Below are positions 9,045 through 19,094 of a stretch of DNA of 64,000 bases, in pieces (within the stretch, counting starts at the first letter, position 1; every line of letters begins with the position of its first letter). Location of the stretch: assembly GCA_963843145.1 (NCBI GenBank), contig CAWJJC010000006.1, positions 64,001 to 128,000 on the forward strand, read 5' to 3'. This stretch comes from an uncultured delta proteobacterium (GTDB taxonomy: Bacteria; Desulfobacterota; RBG-13-43-22). A program made the position numbers and the translations under genes. The notes under the pieces are model-generated. The model had not been told where the DNA came from. It was given only the letters and a program-made list of their open reading frames with translations, and searched no databases.

Positions 9045-10373
9045 AAGGGTCTATCTTATCAGCCTGGGCTGCGCCAAAAACCGGGTAGACAGTGAAGTCA
9101 TGCTGGGTCAACTGCAGGCGCAAGGGTATCGGATCACGGAGACGCCGGAAGAGGCGGCCGTTATCATTGTCAATACCTGCAGCTTCATTCGCTCGGCCGT
9201 GGAGGAGTCCATAGAAACCATCCTGGAGGCGGCCCGATTCAAGGAACAAGGCCTTTGTCGTGTCCTGGGGGTGACCGGCTGCTTTCCCCAGCGGTACCGG
9301 GAGGAACTGGTCGGCCGGCTGCCGGAGGTGGATTTTTTTTTAGGCACCGAATCCTTTTTTGGGATCGCCCGGCAGGTTCGGGAGGCCCTGACCCGGGCCG
9401 GTGGAACGACCCTCGACTTGAAGCCCGACCCGGCCCTCTGGCGCGAACCTTGGGAACGGCTCCTAACCACCCCTCCGGGAACGGCCTATTTAAAAATCGC
9501 GGAAGGCTGCTCCAACCGCTGTGCCTACTGCACCATCCCGGATATTCGCGGTCCTTTCCGGAGCCGGGACCCGAAGATTCTCGTCAGCGGAGGCCGCGTC
9601 TCTGGCCGCCCAAGGGGTCAAAGAATTGATCCTGGTGGCCCAGGACACCACGGCCTACGGGAGCGATCTTCCCCGGCCGGCTTCGCTGAGCGGTTTGATT
9701 GCTTCCCTGGCCGAGGATCGAACCGGCTTAAATGGATCCGGCTCTTATACCTGAGGCCGGAGCGGGTCACTCCGCGCCTGCTGGAAACCTTGGCCTCGCT
9801 GGAAAAGGTCTGCCCTACCTGGATATCCCCATCCAGCATGCCAGCGACCGTATTTTAAAGGCCATGAACCGGCCCTACCGGCAGCGGGACCTCAAAACCT
9901 TGTTTCGTCGGGTTCGCCGGACCTGGCCCCGAGTGGCCTTGCGGACAACGGTCATGGTCGGTTTTCCCGGCGAAGAGGAGGGGGATTTTCAGGAGCTGCA
10001 GCATTTTATCGAGGAAATTGAGTTTGATCATTTGGGCGTCTTTCGCTATTCACCCGAGGAAGGGACCCCGGCTAACCTTCTGCCAGGAAAGGTCGCCAAA
10101 AAAATGATGACCAAAAGATACAATCAGCTTCTGGCCCGGCAGAAGAAAATCTCCCAGGCCCATAATAGAGATTTTATCGGTCGGGTCGAACCGGTCCTCA
10201 TAACCGGTCCGAGCTCCGAAAGTGAATGGCTGCTGGAGGGCAGGACCCGCTTCCAGGCCCCGGAGGTGGACGGGGTGGTCTATATCACCGACGGGAACCC
10301 CCGGATCGGCGAAATCAACGCCGTAAAAATCATCGAAGCCCATCCTTATGATTTGGTTGGAGTAGCCTTATAA
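9037..10373 (+). CDS. rimO: Ribosomal protein S12 methylthiotransferase RimO, three frameshifts in this sequence (~9585, ~9715, ~9810)
   Basis: [19 protein letters not shown], radical-SAM [37 protein letters not shown], spread over three ORF-track frames. Confidence 0.9.
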
Positions 10374-10744
10374 ATGAGACGCTTCGCTTTTTGGACGGAT
10401 CCTATCGCCTATCCGGGTTGGCCGACGGGTCCCGAAGGCCGATTTTAGGTTAATCCGACAAATAGAGTAACCACCCATCCCAAAGGGCGAACAGCCGTAA
10501 TTAAACGCCGCCGATTCCCTACTTCCGAAGTCCGGTAGCCGGTGGAAAGTCTTTTTTGTAACCCATTGTATTTTAATAATAATATTTATAAATTTGCTTT
10601 TTGAGGAATAAAAGTCCGATTGACGAACGAGGTAGAAAAGACCAATCAGAAGAAGGTGTGGAAATATTTTGACAGAACGGGGTTTTTTCGTTATGAACAC
10701 TATTGAAGAAATAGTAGCGCCAAAGGCGGTCAGCCGGAGCCGGA

Positions 10745-11722
10745 ATGAGCCCTGAAAGCGATTTTTTAAAACATTTACAGGAGGATATAGAAAAGGTCAA
10801 CTATTGCCTGATGGAAAACCTCCGCTCCCACATCCCCCTGATCGCGGAGGTCAATCAGCATATCCTGAGCGGCGGCGGAAAACGGCTGCGGTCCCTTCTT
10901 TTTGTAATCTGCGCCCGGCTTTGCGGCTATGAGGGGGAGCGGGCCTACAAGCTATCTTCCATTTTCGAATATCTGCACGCGGCCACTCTGCTCCACGACG
11001 ACGTGATCGACAAGGCCGATACCCGCAGGGGCAAGCCGGCGGCCAACAAGGTCTGGGGCAACTCGGCGGCCGTGCTGGTGGGGGATTTTCTCCTTTCCAA
11101 GTCGTTTACCCTGGCCGTGGAAAGCGAAAAGCTGCGGCTGTTGGAGGTCCTTTCCAGTGCCACCACCCGAATGGCCGAAGGGATGGTGCTGGAACTCATT
11201 CACACCGACGACTTGGCCGTGGCTGAGGAGATCTACCGGCGCATTCTGATCGATAAGACCGCCATTCTGATCTCCGCCTCCTGCCAGACCGGGGCGATCT
11301 GGGGAGGGGCCCCGGAAAAAGAGGAACAGGCCCTCAGGGATTACGGTTTGGACCTGGGAATCGCTTTTCAAATGGTGGATGACTTACTGGATTACATTGC
11401 CTCGGAGCAGGAAACCGGAAAGACCGTGGCCAATGATTTTAAGGAAGGGAAGATCACTTTGCCGCTGATCTACGCCTTGAGTAAATGCTCGGCCGAAGAA
11501 AAGCAGCGGATTGAAGTTTTGGCCAAAAAAATCAGACCGGACCAAGAGGAGTTAAAACCTGTTTTTGAATTGGTTCAAAAATACGGGGGGCTTGAATATA
11601 CCCGGGAGCGGGCTGAAAGCTATAAAAATCGGGCCGTAAAAGCGCTCGAAATTTTTCCTCCAGGCCGGGACCGGCGGATCCTGGAAGATCTGGCGGAATT
11701 TGTGATCGCCCGGCGAAGGTAG
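10745..11722 (+). CDS. Polyprenyl (octaprenyl-type) diphosphate synthase
   Basis: GGKRLR, LHDDVID...RRG, FQMVDDLLD, EGKITLPLI. Confidence 0.92.
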   Translation: MSPESDFLKHLQEDIEKVNYCLMENLRSHIPLIAEVNQHILSGGGKRLRSLLFVICARLCGYEGERAYKLSSIFEYLHAATLLHDDVIDKADTRRGKPAANKVWGNSAAVLVGDFLLSKSFTLAVESEKLRLLEVLSSATTRMAEGMVLELIHTDDLAVAEEIYRRILIDKTAILISASCQTGAIWGGAPEKEEQALRDYGLDLGIAFQMVDDLLDYIASEQETGKTVANDFKEGKITLPLIYALSKCSAEEKQRIEVLAKKIRPDQEELKPVFELVQKYGGLEYTRERAESYKNRAVKALEIFPPGRDRRILEDLAEFVIARRR

Positions 11723-11810
11723 CTTAACAATTTGAACTCACTTTAGATGGCGGGGTTACCCGCAGAGCAGAAAGTCGTTTTTGGTCTTTTTACGAGGTTA
11801 TGAAAAAAAT

Positions 11811-12185
11811 ATGATACGATATGAATTGGCCCCGGATATCGAACGGCAACTAGGACAGATTGCCCGAAGGCTGAAGATGAAACACATCGACTTGAAGCGG
11901 GTCAGGGGGGTCCGAAGTTACGGGTCGACCGGCAAGGGGATCATTGCCCGCTGCCATGCTCTGCCCAAGGTCATGCAGTTGGCCCTTGGGCAGGAGGCCC
12001 ACTACGTCATTGAGATCTTAACCGAAGGCTATCAACGTTTGAGCGAAGAAGCCCAGATTAAGATCCTGATCCACGAATTGATGCATATCCCCGAGACCTT
12101 TGGGGGCGGGTTCCGCATGCATCGGGATCATGTCACCCGTCGAAATGTAGAAAAGATGTACCGGGAGTATACCCAAAGCAAGTAA
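11811..12185 (+). CDS. Small putative zinc metallopeptidase
   Basis: HEXXH (IHELMHI). ATG at 11811 preferred; ORF track starts at 11781. Confidence 0.65.
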   Translation: MIRYELAPDIERQLGQIARRLKMKHIDLKRVRGVRSYGSTGKGIIARCHALPKVMQLALGQEAHYVIEILTEGYQRLSEEAQIKILIHELMHIPETFGGGFRMHRDHVTRRNVEKMYREYTQSK

Positions 12186-12196
12186 TGGTCCGCAGA

Positions 12197-12436
12197 TTAT
12201 TCCTCAGGCTCCGAGGCATCATAGAGCAGGTTATTCACCATGGAATGGAGGATGCCGGCCAGATAAATTTCGTCGCCGATATCGGACGAAAGGGAATGAT
12301 AAACCCCCTCCTTGTCCATATAAAAAACGATTAGTTCCTTGATAGCTTCGTTGTCATCGCTCAACCGCTCCAGGATATCAACCACCTGTTTCTGGGTCCG
12401 GTCGATATGAATAAGTTTTCCTTTTTTACCTGCCAT
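12197..12436 (-). CDS. Hypothetical protein (79 aa)
   Basis: ORF with AGGAG upstream; no recognisable motif. Confidence 0.6.
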   Translation of the reverse strand: MAGKKGKLIHIDRTQKQVVDILERLSDDNEAIKELIVFYMDKEGVYHSLSSDIGDEIYLAGILHSMVNNLLYDASEPEE

Positions 12437-12526
12437 GGTGGAGTACTCCTTTTTTACAGTCGGCCTGATCGGCCCATTCCACTAATAACGTAGAATAATC
12501 CGAATTATCCGAAAAGACAAGCCCCT

Positions 12527-13417
12527 TTACTTGGGGAAAAAGAGGATAAATTTCTCCAGCAGATGGTCCGGGTGATACGACTCCTTAGCCTTCCTTAATC
12601 CGGGCTCTCCCAGATCCTGTTCACGGTTGACATAGCGAATAGTGCTCCACGCCCTTTCCAAAAACTGCTGATTGATCAAGGCATACAGCCCGGGAATTTC
12701 CGGGTTGGCCTTCTCGACATGGATGACTACCGTATCAGGATTCAGTAATTCGCCGAGGCTGAAGGCTTCCACTTTCCCCCGGATACGGATAACACCCCCC
12801 CGATACGGCAGAAAATCAATATGCTTAAAGGCCTCGACAATGGCCTGTTCTTCGTTTAATAAGCTAGGCGACTCTTCGCATTGGCGTAATCGGCACCAGG
12901 CCTCCTGCAAATTAAGGCATTCGGTCACCAGTTCCGGGGTTAGGGGAAGATATTCCCAGTCGCTATTTTTCTTAAGCCGGTTGACGTGATTTTTCTGGGA
13001 GTGGTAGCGGTTGCCGGATAGGTGGACCAGGCTCTTGGTCAGGTAGACATAATCGCTGTTGTCCCGGTCCAGGACCAGTTCTGCCCCCGGAAAGGAGCCC
13101 AACTCGCCGGCCAAAGGGCCCGGAACCCGGCCTACTCGGGGCCGATGTCCAGCGTCCTTTAGCGTTTCAATCCCGGTTTGGGTCCAGGCCCGAATATCGC
13201 CCTGCCCGATGGGAGGAAATAAAAAAGGGGCGGATCCCGGAGGCTGTCCCAGGAGGGTCAAAAAGTCATGTACCACGGACACCTGGAACTGATAATAGTG
13301 CCGCCAGATGAACAGGTTGGTAAAGGTGAATTCCGAAATTTGCGGTGGAAAACGCCTGAAAAAAACGTCCACCAACCCCTGGTGGGCCTGCGATAAGGGT
13401 TCGAAGGGGAGAAGCAT
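12527..13417 (-). CDS. DUF2156 / MprF-like GNAT-fold aminoacyl-transferase domain protein
   Basis: SEFTFTNLFIW, DYVY...LSGNRYH...NHVN, HVEKA, VNREQDLGEPGLRKAKESYHP. Confidence 0.85.
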   Translation of the reverse strand: MLLPFEPLSQAHQGLVDVFFRRFPPQISEFTFTNLFIWRHYYQFQVSVVHDFLTLLGQPPGSAPFLFPPIGQGDIRAWTQTGIETLKDAGHRPRVGRVPGPLAGELGSFPGAELVLDRDNSDYVYLTKSLVHLSGNRYHSQKNHVNRLKKNSDWEYLPLTPELVTECLNLQEAWCRLRQCEESPSLLNEEQAIVEAFKHIDFLPYRGGVIRIRGKVEAFSLGELLNPDTVVIHVEKANPEIPGLYALINQQFLERAWSTIRYVNREQDLGEPGLRKAKESYHPDHLLEKFILFFPK

Positions 13418-13419
13418 AT

Positions 13420-14268
13420 TCAATGCGCGGCCTTGAGGTCTTTAAGGGACTGAAGCCTTTCATAGGGTATCCGTAAAGCGCCGTAGCCGGTCAGTATATC
13501 CACCCCTTCCTTGTTTTTGCCGTGAAAATCGCTTCCTCCGGTCACCAAAAGGTCCAGGTCCTCGGCCAAGGCCAGATATTCCTGGGTTTGTTCCGGGGGA
13601 TGCTCGGAATAGAGGCATTCCAGCCCCTGAAGGCCCTGATCCCTCAACTCCCGAAGCAGATGGAAGAGCTGCTCCCGGGTGGTGCAGTTTAAGGTAAAAG
13701 GATGGGCCAGAACCGGAATGCCTCCGGCCTGGCGAATCAGAGCGATGGCCCGGCCCGGGGAAAAGCGAAATTTCTCCACATAAGCCGGAGCGCCTTTGGT
13801 CAGGTATTTTGTAAAGGCCTCGTCCAGGGTTTGGACGGCCCCAATTTGCAGCATGGCCTGGGCGATGTGCGGTCGGCCGATCTGTCCTCCGGAAAGGGCC
13901 TGGACCTGATCGTAAGTAATGGGAATGCCCAGCTCTTGTAAGCGAACGATAATTTTAGGGTTCCTTTCTCGGCGGGCCTCCTGAAGACGTTCCAGTTCCT
14001 GTTGGAAAAAGGGGTCGGTATGATCGATATAATAGCCGAGGATATGCATGCCCCCGCCGGTATAGTCGGCGCTGATTTCGAGGCCCGGGACCAATTCAAA
14101 ACGATAGGCCTCGGCTGCGCGCAGGGCCTCCGCCAGACCGGCCACCGTATCGTGGTCGGTCAGGGCGATGGCGGCCGCCCCCTTTTGGAGGGCATAAGTC
14201 ACTAATTCTCCGGGTGCCAGGCTACCGTCCGAGGCGTTGGAATGCGTGTGAAGATCGATAAGGTTCAT
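13420..14268 (-). CDS. PHP-domain phosphoesterase
   Basis: DLHTHSNASDG, LTDHDT, HILGY, GRPH, LAHP, GGSDFHG. Confidence 0.92.
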   Translation of the reverse strand: MNLIDLHTHSNASDGSLAPGELVTYALQKGAAAIALTDHDTVAGLAEALRAAEAYRFELVPGLEISADYTGGGMHILGYYIDHTDPFFQQELERLQEARRERNPKIIVRLQELGIPITYDQVQALSGGQIGRPHIAQAMLQIGAVQTLDEAFTKYLTKGAPAYVEKFRFSPGRAIALIRQAGGIPVLAHPFTLNCTTREQLFHLLRELRDQGLQGLECLYSEHPPEQTQEYLALAEDLDLLVTGGSDFHGKNKEGVDILTGYGALRIPYERLQSLKDLKAAH

Positions 14269-14320
14269 AGTGAAGGGCTTCTTCCTTTACCTCGTCTTGG
14301 GATTTGTTTCTAACCTTGGG

Positions 14321-16696
14321 TTAGCGCTTGCAGGCTTTGTTTTGTTGCCGGCAGAGGGCCAAATCAATAACTTCATCCATCCGATCCACAAAATGGAATT
14401 TAAGTCCTTTCATCAAGGCCGGTTGGATCTCCTCCAAGTCCTTTTCATTTTTGTGGGGCAGGATCACCTCTTTGATGCCGGCCCGTTTCGCGGCTAAGAC
14501 CTTTTCCTTGATTCCCCCCACCGGAAGGACCAGGCCTCGGAGGGTGATTTCTCCGGTCATGGCCAGGTCGCTCCTCACCGGGCGATCCGTTAGCAGAGAG
14601 GTCAGGGCGGTTAATATAGCTACCCCGGCGGATGGCCCGTCCTTGGGGATGGCCCCGGCCGGGACGTGGATATGCAGGTCATGGTTATCATAGAAATCGG
14701 GAGAAATTCCCGCATGTTCAGCATTTGAACGAATATAGCTCAAAGCCGCCCCGGCGGATTCTTTCATCACGTCTCCCAATTGTCCGGTCAGGGTGAGCGT
14801 TCGCCGGCCGGGCATTTTTGAGGCCTCGACAAATAGAATATCCCCTCCGGCCTGAGTCCAGGCCAACCCGGTGGCCACTCCCGGGGTTTTGGTTCTATCG
14901 GCAACCTCGGAAAAGAATTTAACCGGACCTAAATAGGAATGAAGGTCTTGAGGACCGATCTTTTTGAACTGCGATTTCCCTTCGGCCACTTCTTTGGCCA
15001 CACCACGACAGATAGCCGCGATTTCTCTTTCCAGGTTACGAAGTCCGGCCTCCCGGGTATAATTCCGGATAAGGCCCTGAAGGGCTTTTTTCCCAAAGAC
15101 CAAATTTTTGTCGGTTAAGCCGTGCTCTCCCAGTTGCTTGGGGATCAAATGGGTCTGGGCGATTTGCACCTTCTCTTCCTCAATGTAGCCCGACAGGTTC
15201 AATACTTCCATGCGGTCAAGGAGGGCAGGGGGAACGGTGTCTAATATATTGGCGGTGGTAATGAACATGACCTGGGAGAGGTCAAATTCCACCTCCAGGT
15301 AGTGATCGGAAAAGGAAAAGTTCTGCTCCGGGTCCAAGACCTCCAAAAGGGCCGAAGAGGGATCGCCCCGAAAATCGGTGCCGACCTTGTCGATTTCATC
15401 CAGGATAAAAACCGGGTTGTTGGAACCGGCTTTGCGCAGTCCCTGGATAATCCTGCCCGGCAGTGCCCCCACGTAAGTGCGGCGGTGCCCCCGGATCTCG
15501 GCCTCATCCCGAACCCCGCCCAGAGAGAGGCGGACGAATTTACGCCCCAAGGCTCGGGCAATGGAACGGCCCAGGGAAGTCTTCCCGGTGCCCGGCGGGC
15601 CGACAAAGCAAAGGATAGGGCCTTTCATGTCCGGTTTCAGCTTACGCACAGCCAGATACTCCAGGATCCGTTTCTTGACCTTCTCCAAGTTGTAATGGTC
15701 TTCATCCAGAACTTTAGCGGCTTTCTCAATATCCAGATTGTCTTCCGTCCGAACATTCCAGGGCAATTCAGTGATCCAATCCAGATAAGAAAGGGCCACC
15801 GTATACTCCGGTGAGGCCGAGTTCATGCGGGCCAGACGGTTCAGTTCCCGTTCGGCCTCTTTGGCCGCTGCAGCCGGCAATTGACGATCCTTGATCTTTT
15901 GCCGATACTCTTCGATTTCCAGGGTCTTCTCATCTTTTTCGCCCAACTCCTTCTGGATGGCCTTGAGTTGCTCCCGCAGGTAATATTCCCGTTGGTTCTT
16001 GTCGATTCCCTCTTTGACCTCGGACTGGATCTTCTTGCCTAACTCCAGGACTTCCAGTTCTTTGGTCAGTACCACGGTGACTTTCTGCAGCCTTTCTTTG
16101 ACGTCCAGGGACTCCAGGATGTCCTGCTTTTCCTCCTTGGTAATATTGAGCGTCGAAGTAATCATATCGGCCAGAGAACCGGGGTCCTCCACGCTCTGGG
16201 CCAGCAGGCTTAATTCCGAGGGTAAATAGGGGGATAATTCCAGCACCTTGGTAAAGAGGGAGCGGGCATTGTTCACCAGGGCCGTGGTCTCCATCCCGGA
16301 ATCAGCGGCATCTTTCAAGACCTCAATTTTAGCTTTGAAATAGGGTTCGGTGGCCGTAATTTCAAGGATCTTGAAGCGGGTTAATCCCTGAACCATGATC
16401 CGCACGCCCCCTTCCGGGACTTTAGCCATTTTCAGAATCGAACCCACCGTTCCAATGCCGTAGAGATCTTCGGGGGTTAGCGGCTCCTGCCCTTTACCCT
16501 TAATCAGGACTAATCCCAGGATATGGTCTTTCATCAGGGCCTCATCCACCAGTCGGACCCAGTTGTTTTCCCAAATCATTAAAGGAAAGACCATCTTGGG
16601 AAACAGGGTCACGTCCATAACCGGCAAAATAGAAATTTCTTCCGGGATATTAACTACCTGCGGCTGTAGGGGTAATGTAGTCTCGTTGATTTCCAT
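14321..16696 (-). CDS. lon: Lon ATP-dependent protease
   Basis: Lon N-domain, [21 protein letters not shown], catalytic KDGPSAG and GGIKEK. Confidence 0.97.
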   Translation of the reverse strand: MEINETTLPLQPQVVNIPEEISILPVMDVTLFPKMVFPLMIWENNWVRLVDEALMKDHILGLVLIKGKGQEPLTPEDLYGIGTVGSILKMAKVPEGGVRIMVQGLTRFKILEITATEPYFKAKIEVLKDAADSGMETTALVNNARSLFTKVLELSPYLPSELSLLAQSVEDPGSLADMITSTLNITKEEKQDILESLDVKERLQKVTVVLTKELEVLELGKKIQSEVKEGIDKNQREYYLREQLKAIQKELGEKDEKTLEIEEYRQKIKDRQLPAAAAKEAERELNRLARMNSASPEYTVALSYLDWITELPWNVRTEDNLDIEKAAKVLDEDHYNLEKVKKRILEYLAVRKLKPDMKGPILCFVGPPGTGKTSLGRSIARALGRKFVRLSLGGVRDEAEIRGHRRTYVGALPGRIIQGLRKAGSNNPVFILDEIDKVGTDFRGDPSSALLEVLDPEQNFSFSDHYLEVEFDLSQVMFITTANILDTVPPALLDRMEVLNLSGYIEEEKVQIAQTHLIPKQLGEHGLTDKNLVFGKKALQGLIRNYTREAGLRNLEREIAAICRGVAKEVAEGKSQFKKIGPQDLHSYLGPVKFFSEVADRTKTPGVATGLAWTQAGGDILFVEASKMPGRRTLTLTGQLGDVMKESAGAALSYIRSNAEHAGISPDFYDNHDLHIHVPAGAIPKDGPSAGVAILTALTSLLTDRPVRSDLAMTGEITLRGLVLPVGGIKEKVLAAKRAGIKEVILPHKNEKDLEEIQPALMKGLKFHFVDRMDEVIDLALCRQQNKACKR

Positions 16697-16730
16697 AGGA
16701 AACTCCTTTTTATGAAAAACGCCGCCAAAT

Positions 16731-17147
16731 TCATTTAATGGGAATGGTTTTAGCTTGCGTCGGTTTTTTAGGTAAAGTTATAGTCAAAAGTCCGTCCTGG
16801 TATTGGGCCTCGATCTTATCTTCATCGATGAGTACCGGCAACTGAAAGACTCGCTCAAAGGAACCGTATTCAATTTCCATCTGCAGAAACCGAATGCTCT
16901 CGGGAGTGAAGGGGCGTTCGCGGCGCCCATAAAGATAAACCAGGTTCTTTTTAATGGTCACCTGGATTTCATTTTTTATAAGTCCCGAGGCATCCGCCAG
17001 GATCACAAAGGACTGAGGGGTTTCCATAATGTCCATCTGCGGGTACCAGACCCGCTGATCCAGCAGAAATCGGGGACTGAGCTGGTGAACCATATCTTCC
17101 ATGAGACGGCGCATTTGCTGCTGTAGTCGGTTGAAATCGCTTACCAA
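16731..17147 (-). CDS. Hsp20/alpha-crystallin small heat-shock protein
   Basis: [25 protein letters not shown]; upstream of lon; TTG start after AGGAG. Confidence 0.88.
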   Translation of the reverse strand: MVSDFNRLQQQMRRLMEDMVHQLSPRFLLDQRVWYPQMDIMETPQSFVILADASGLIKNEIQVTIKKNLVYLYGRRERPFTPESIRFLQMEIEYGSFERVFQLPVLIDEDKIEAQYQDGLLTITLPKKPTQAKTIPIK

Positions 17148-17423
17148 GGTGCCTCTCCTTTTTGAATTAGGTTAGCCCATAGAGTCGGATCCCCATAAAT
17201 GCAGGAGGCCCTCCTCCTTGTTCTGAACGATTCGTCGAATTAAGTATTGCCAAATATTATAAGATCGGATAGAGGTTTTGTAAAGGAATGGGAGGGTTTT
17301 TTCGCGGTATTTCAAGCGTATATTTTACTTGCCAGGCTTTAATAATTAGGCTATATTACAACTTTTAAATAAAGTGACCTGCCTGGCTCCAGGGGAGACA
17401 AAAAGGGAGAAGAGGAAGCGGAA

Positions 17424-17525
17424 ATGGGGAGTGTAGTCAAGAAGAGACGGAAAAAAATGCGGAAACACAAGCATAAGAAGTTGATGAAGAAGACCAGGCA
17501 CCAGCGGAAGAAGAGAGGGAAGTAA
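17424..17525 (+). CDS. Small basic ribosomal protein bS22 / AURKAIP1-COX24-like (33 aa), absent from ORF track
   Basis: MGSVVKKRRKKMRKHKHKKLMKKTRHQRKKRGK; purine-rich RBS upstream. Confidence 0.85.
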   Translation: MGSVVKKRRKKMRKHKHKKLMKKTRHQRKKRGK

Positions 17526-17620
17526 CAAAAGAGATTCCTTGCGGGATAGTTTTACAGCCTGGAACCCATAATCCGGATGCATCCAGTGGATTGATTTTTT
17601 TATGATTTTCTGCTTGCCGC

Positions 17621-17656
17621 TACAGGCCAGCCCTTCGGGGGTGGCCTGTCTTTTTT
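17621..17656 (+). terminator. Intrinsic terminator
   Basis: ACAGGCCA-GCCCTTCGGGGG-TGGCCTGT stem followed by a T run. Confidence 0.7.
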
Positions 17657-17668
17657 GGGAGGGGTCCT

Positions 17669-19006
17669 ATTAAAGCGCGCATTTTAACGATTGCCGGGTC
17701 GGATTCCGGCGGAGGGGCCGGAATCCAGGCTGATTTGAAAGTAATTGCCCTGTTGGGCGGATACGGTACTTCGGTGATCACCGCCTTGACCGCCCAAAAC
17801 ACCGTGGGGGTCCAGGGGGTGTTTCCCGTTCCCGCCGCCTTTATCCGTGAACAAATGGATTCGGTTCTGTCCGATATTGGAGCGGATGCGGTCAAAACCG
17901 GTATGCTGGCTGAGGCTGAAATTATCCGTCTAGTATCTCGGGGGTTGGGCACCTACCGTCTTCAAAAAGTGGTGGTGGATCCGGTTATGGTTTCTCAGAG
18001 CGGTCACTCCCTTTTGGCCCCCGGGGCCGATCGCAGCCTGATCGAGGATTTGCTGCCCCGAGCCGGGTTGGTGACTCCCAATCTCCCGGAAGCCTCCCGG
18101 CTGGTCGGGTTTCCCATCCGGACGGCGCCTAAGATGCGTGAGGCGGCCAAACGACTTAAATCGATGACCCGAGGCGCTGTTTTAATCAAGGGCGGGCACC
18201 TGAAAGGGCCGGCCCTTGACCTATTTTATGACGGGGCCTCCTTCCAAGAATTCACGGCCCCTCGAGTAAATTCCCCCCATACCCATGGGACCGGATGTTC
18301 CTATTCGACGGCCATCGCCACCTTCTGGGCCCAAGGGCACTCCCTTCTGGAAGCCATAGAAAAAGGGAAACAGTTTATTCAGCGGGCGATCTTGACCGGA
18401 GAGCCGCTGGGCCGTGGCGAAGGGCCGACCAATCCCTATGCCTGGATTGAAGCGGAACTGGCCCGCTATCCGGTCCTGATGGCCCTGAACCGGGGGCTGG
18501 AACGGTTGAAGACTAACCGGCTGGGAAATTTAATTCCCGAGGTGCAATCCAATTTTGGGTTTGCCCTGCCTTATCCCAGGACGATTGACGAGGTAGCCGC
18601 CTTTCCGGGACGGATCTGCCGGTTTAAGGACTCTATCGCCGCGCTGGGATCCCCTGAGTTCGGGGCCTCCCGCCATGTGGCGCGAATTATTTTGACGGTG
18701 GTCGGCCATGACCCGGAATACCGTGCGGCGATGAATATCCGTTTTTCAGAAAAGATCCTTAAAAGCCTTCGGCGATCCGGGCTCCGGATGGGCGGGTTTA
18801 ATCGCCAAATGGAACCCCAAAAATTAAAAAGGCGGGAGGGTTCCTCCCTGTCCTGGGGCGTGGGCCGGGTACTGGAAGAAAAAGGGTTCGTTCCGGATTT
18901 TATCTATGACCGGGGAGACGTAGGCAAGGAGCCCATGGTCCGCGTTTTGGGAAAAGACCCGGACGAGGTGGTCGATAAGATAATTTTTATAAAGAAGAGG
19001 ATTTAG
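17669..19006 (+). CDS. thiD: Bifunctional HMP/HMP-P kinase-thiamine phosphate synthase (ThiD-ThiN), apparent ATT start
   Basis: ILTIAGSDSGGGAGIQADLK lies upstream of the track start; HTHGTGC; C-terminal ThiN-like PEVQSN, FGASRH, YDRGDVGKEP. Confidence 0.9.
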   Translation: MKARILTIAGSDSGGGAGIQADLKVIALLGGYGTSVITALTAQNTVGVQGVFPVPAAFIREQMDSVLSDIGADAVKTGMLAEAEIIRLVSRGLGTYRLQKVVVDPVMVSQSGHSLLAPGADRSLIEDLLPRAGLVTPNLPEASRLVGFPIRTAPKMREAAKRLKSMTRGAVLIKGGHLKGPALDLFYDGASFQEFTAPRVNSPHTHGTGCSYSTAIATFWAQGHSLLEAIEKGKQFIQRAILTGEPLGRGEGPTNPYAWIEAELARYPVLMALNRGLERLKTNRLGNLIPEVQSNFGFALPYPRTIDEVAAFPGRICRFKDSIAALGSPEFGASRHVARIILTVVGHDPEYRAAMNIRFSEKILKSLRRSGLRMGGFNRQMEPQKLKRREGSSLSWGVGRVLEEKGFVPDFIYDRGDVGKEPMVRVLGKDPDEVVDKIIFIKKRI

Positions 19007-19094
19007 AAAACACGTCGGTTTCTAACGTCAGAAACAAATGCTAAGATGGGTTAGAGAAAGAATCAATGACCGACTCTTTGCGAGGTAGACTGTT

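Noticed and set aside
10374-10744. Possible ncRNA in the rimO-polyprenyl synthase interval
   Set aside because: It has some GC-rich stems but no 6S/SRP/tmRNA/riboswitch motif I can recognise.
11745-11762. GATGGCGGGGTTACC resembling the 3' end of a c-di-GMP-I riboswitch
   Set aside because: The upstream GGCAAA/GNRA/GCAAA elements are missing, and there is too little room after the preceding gene.
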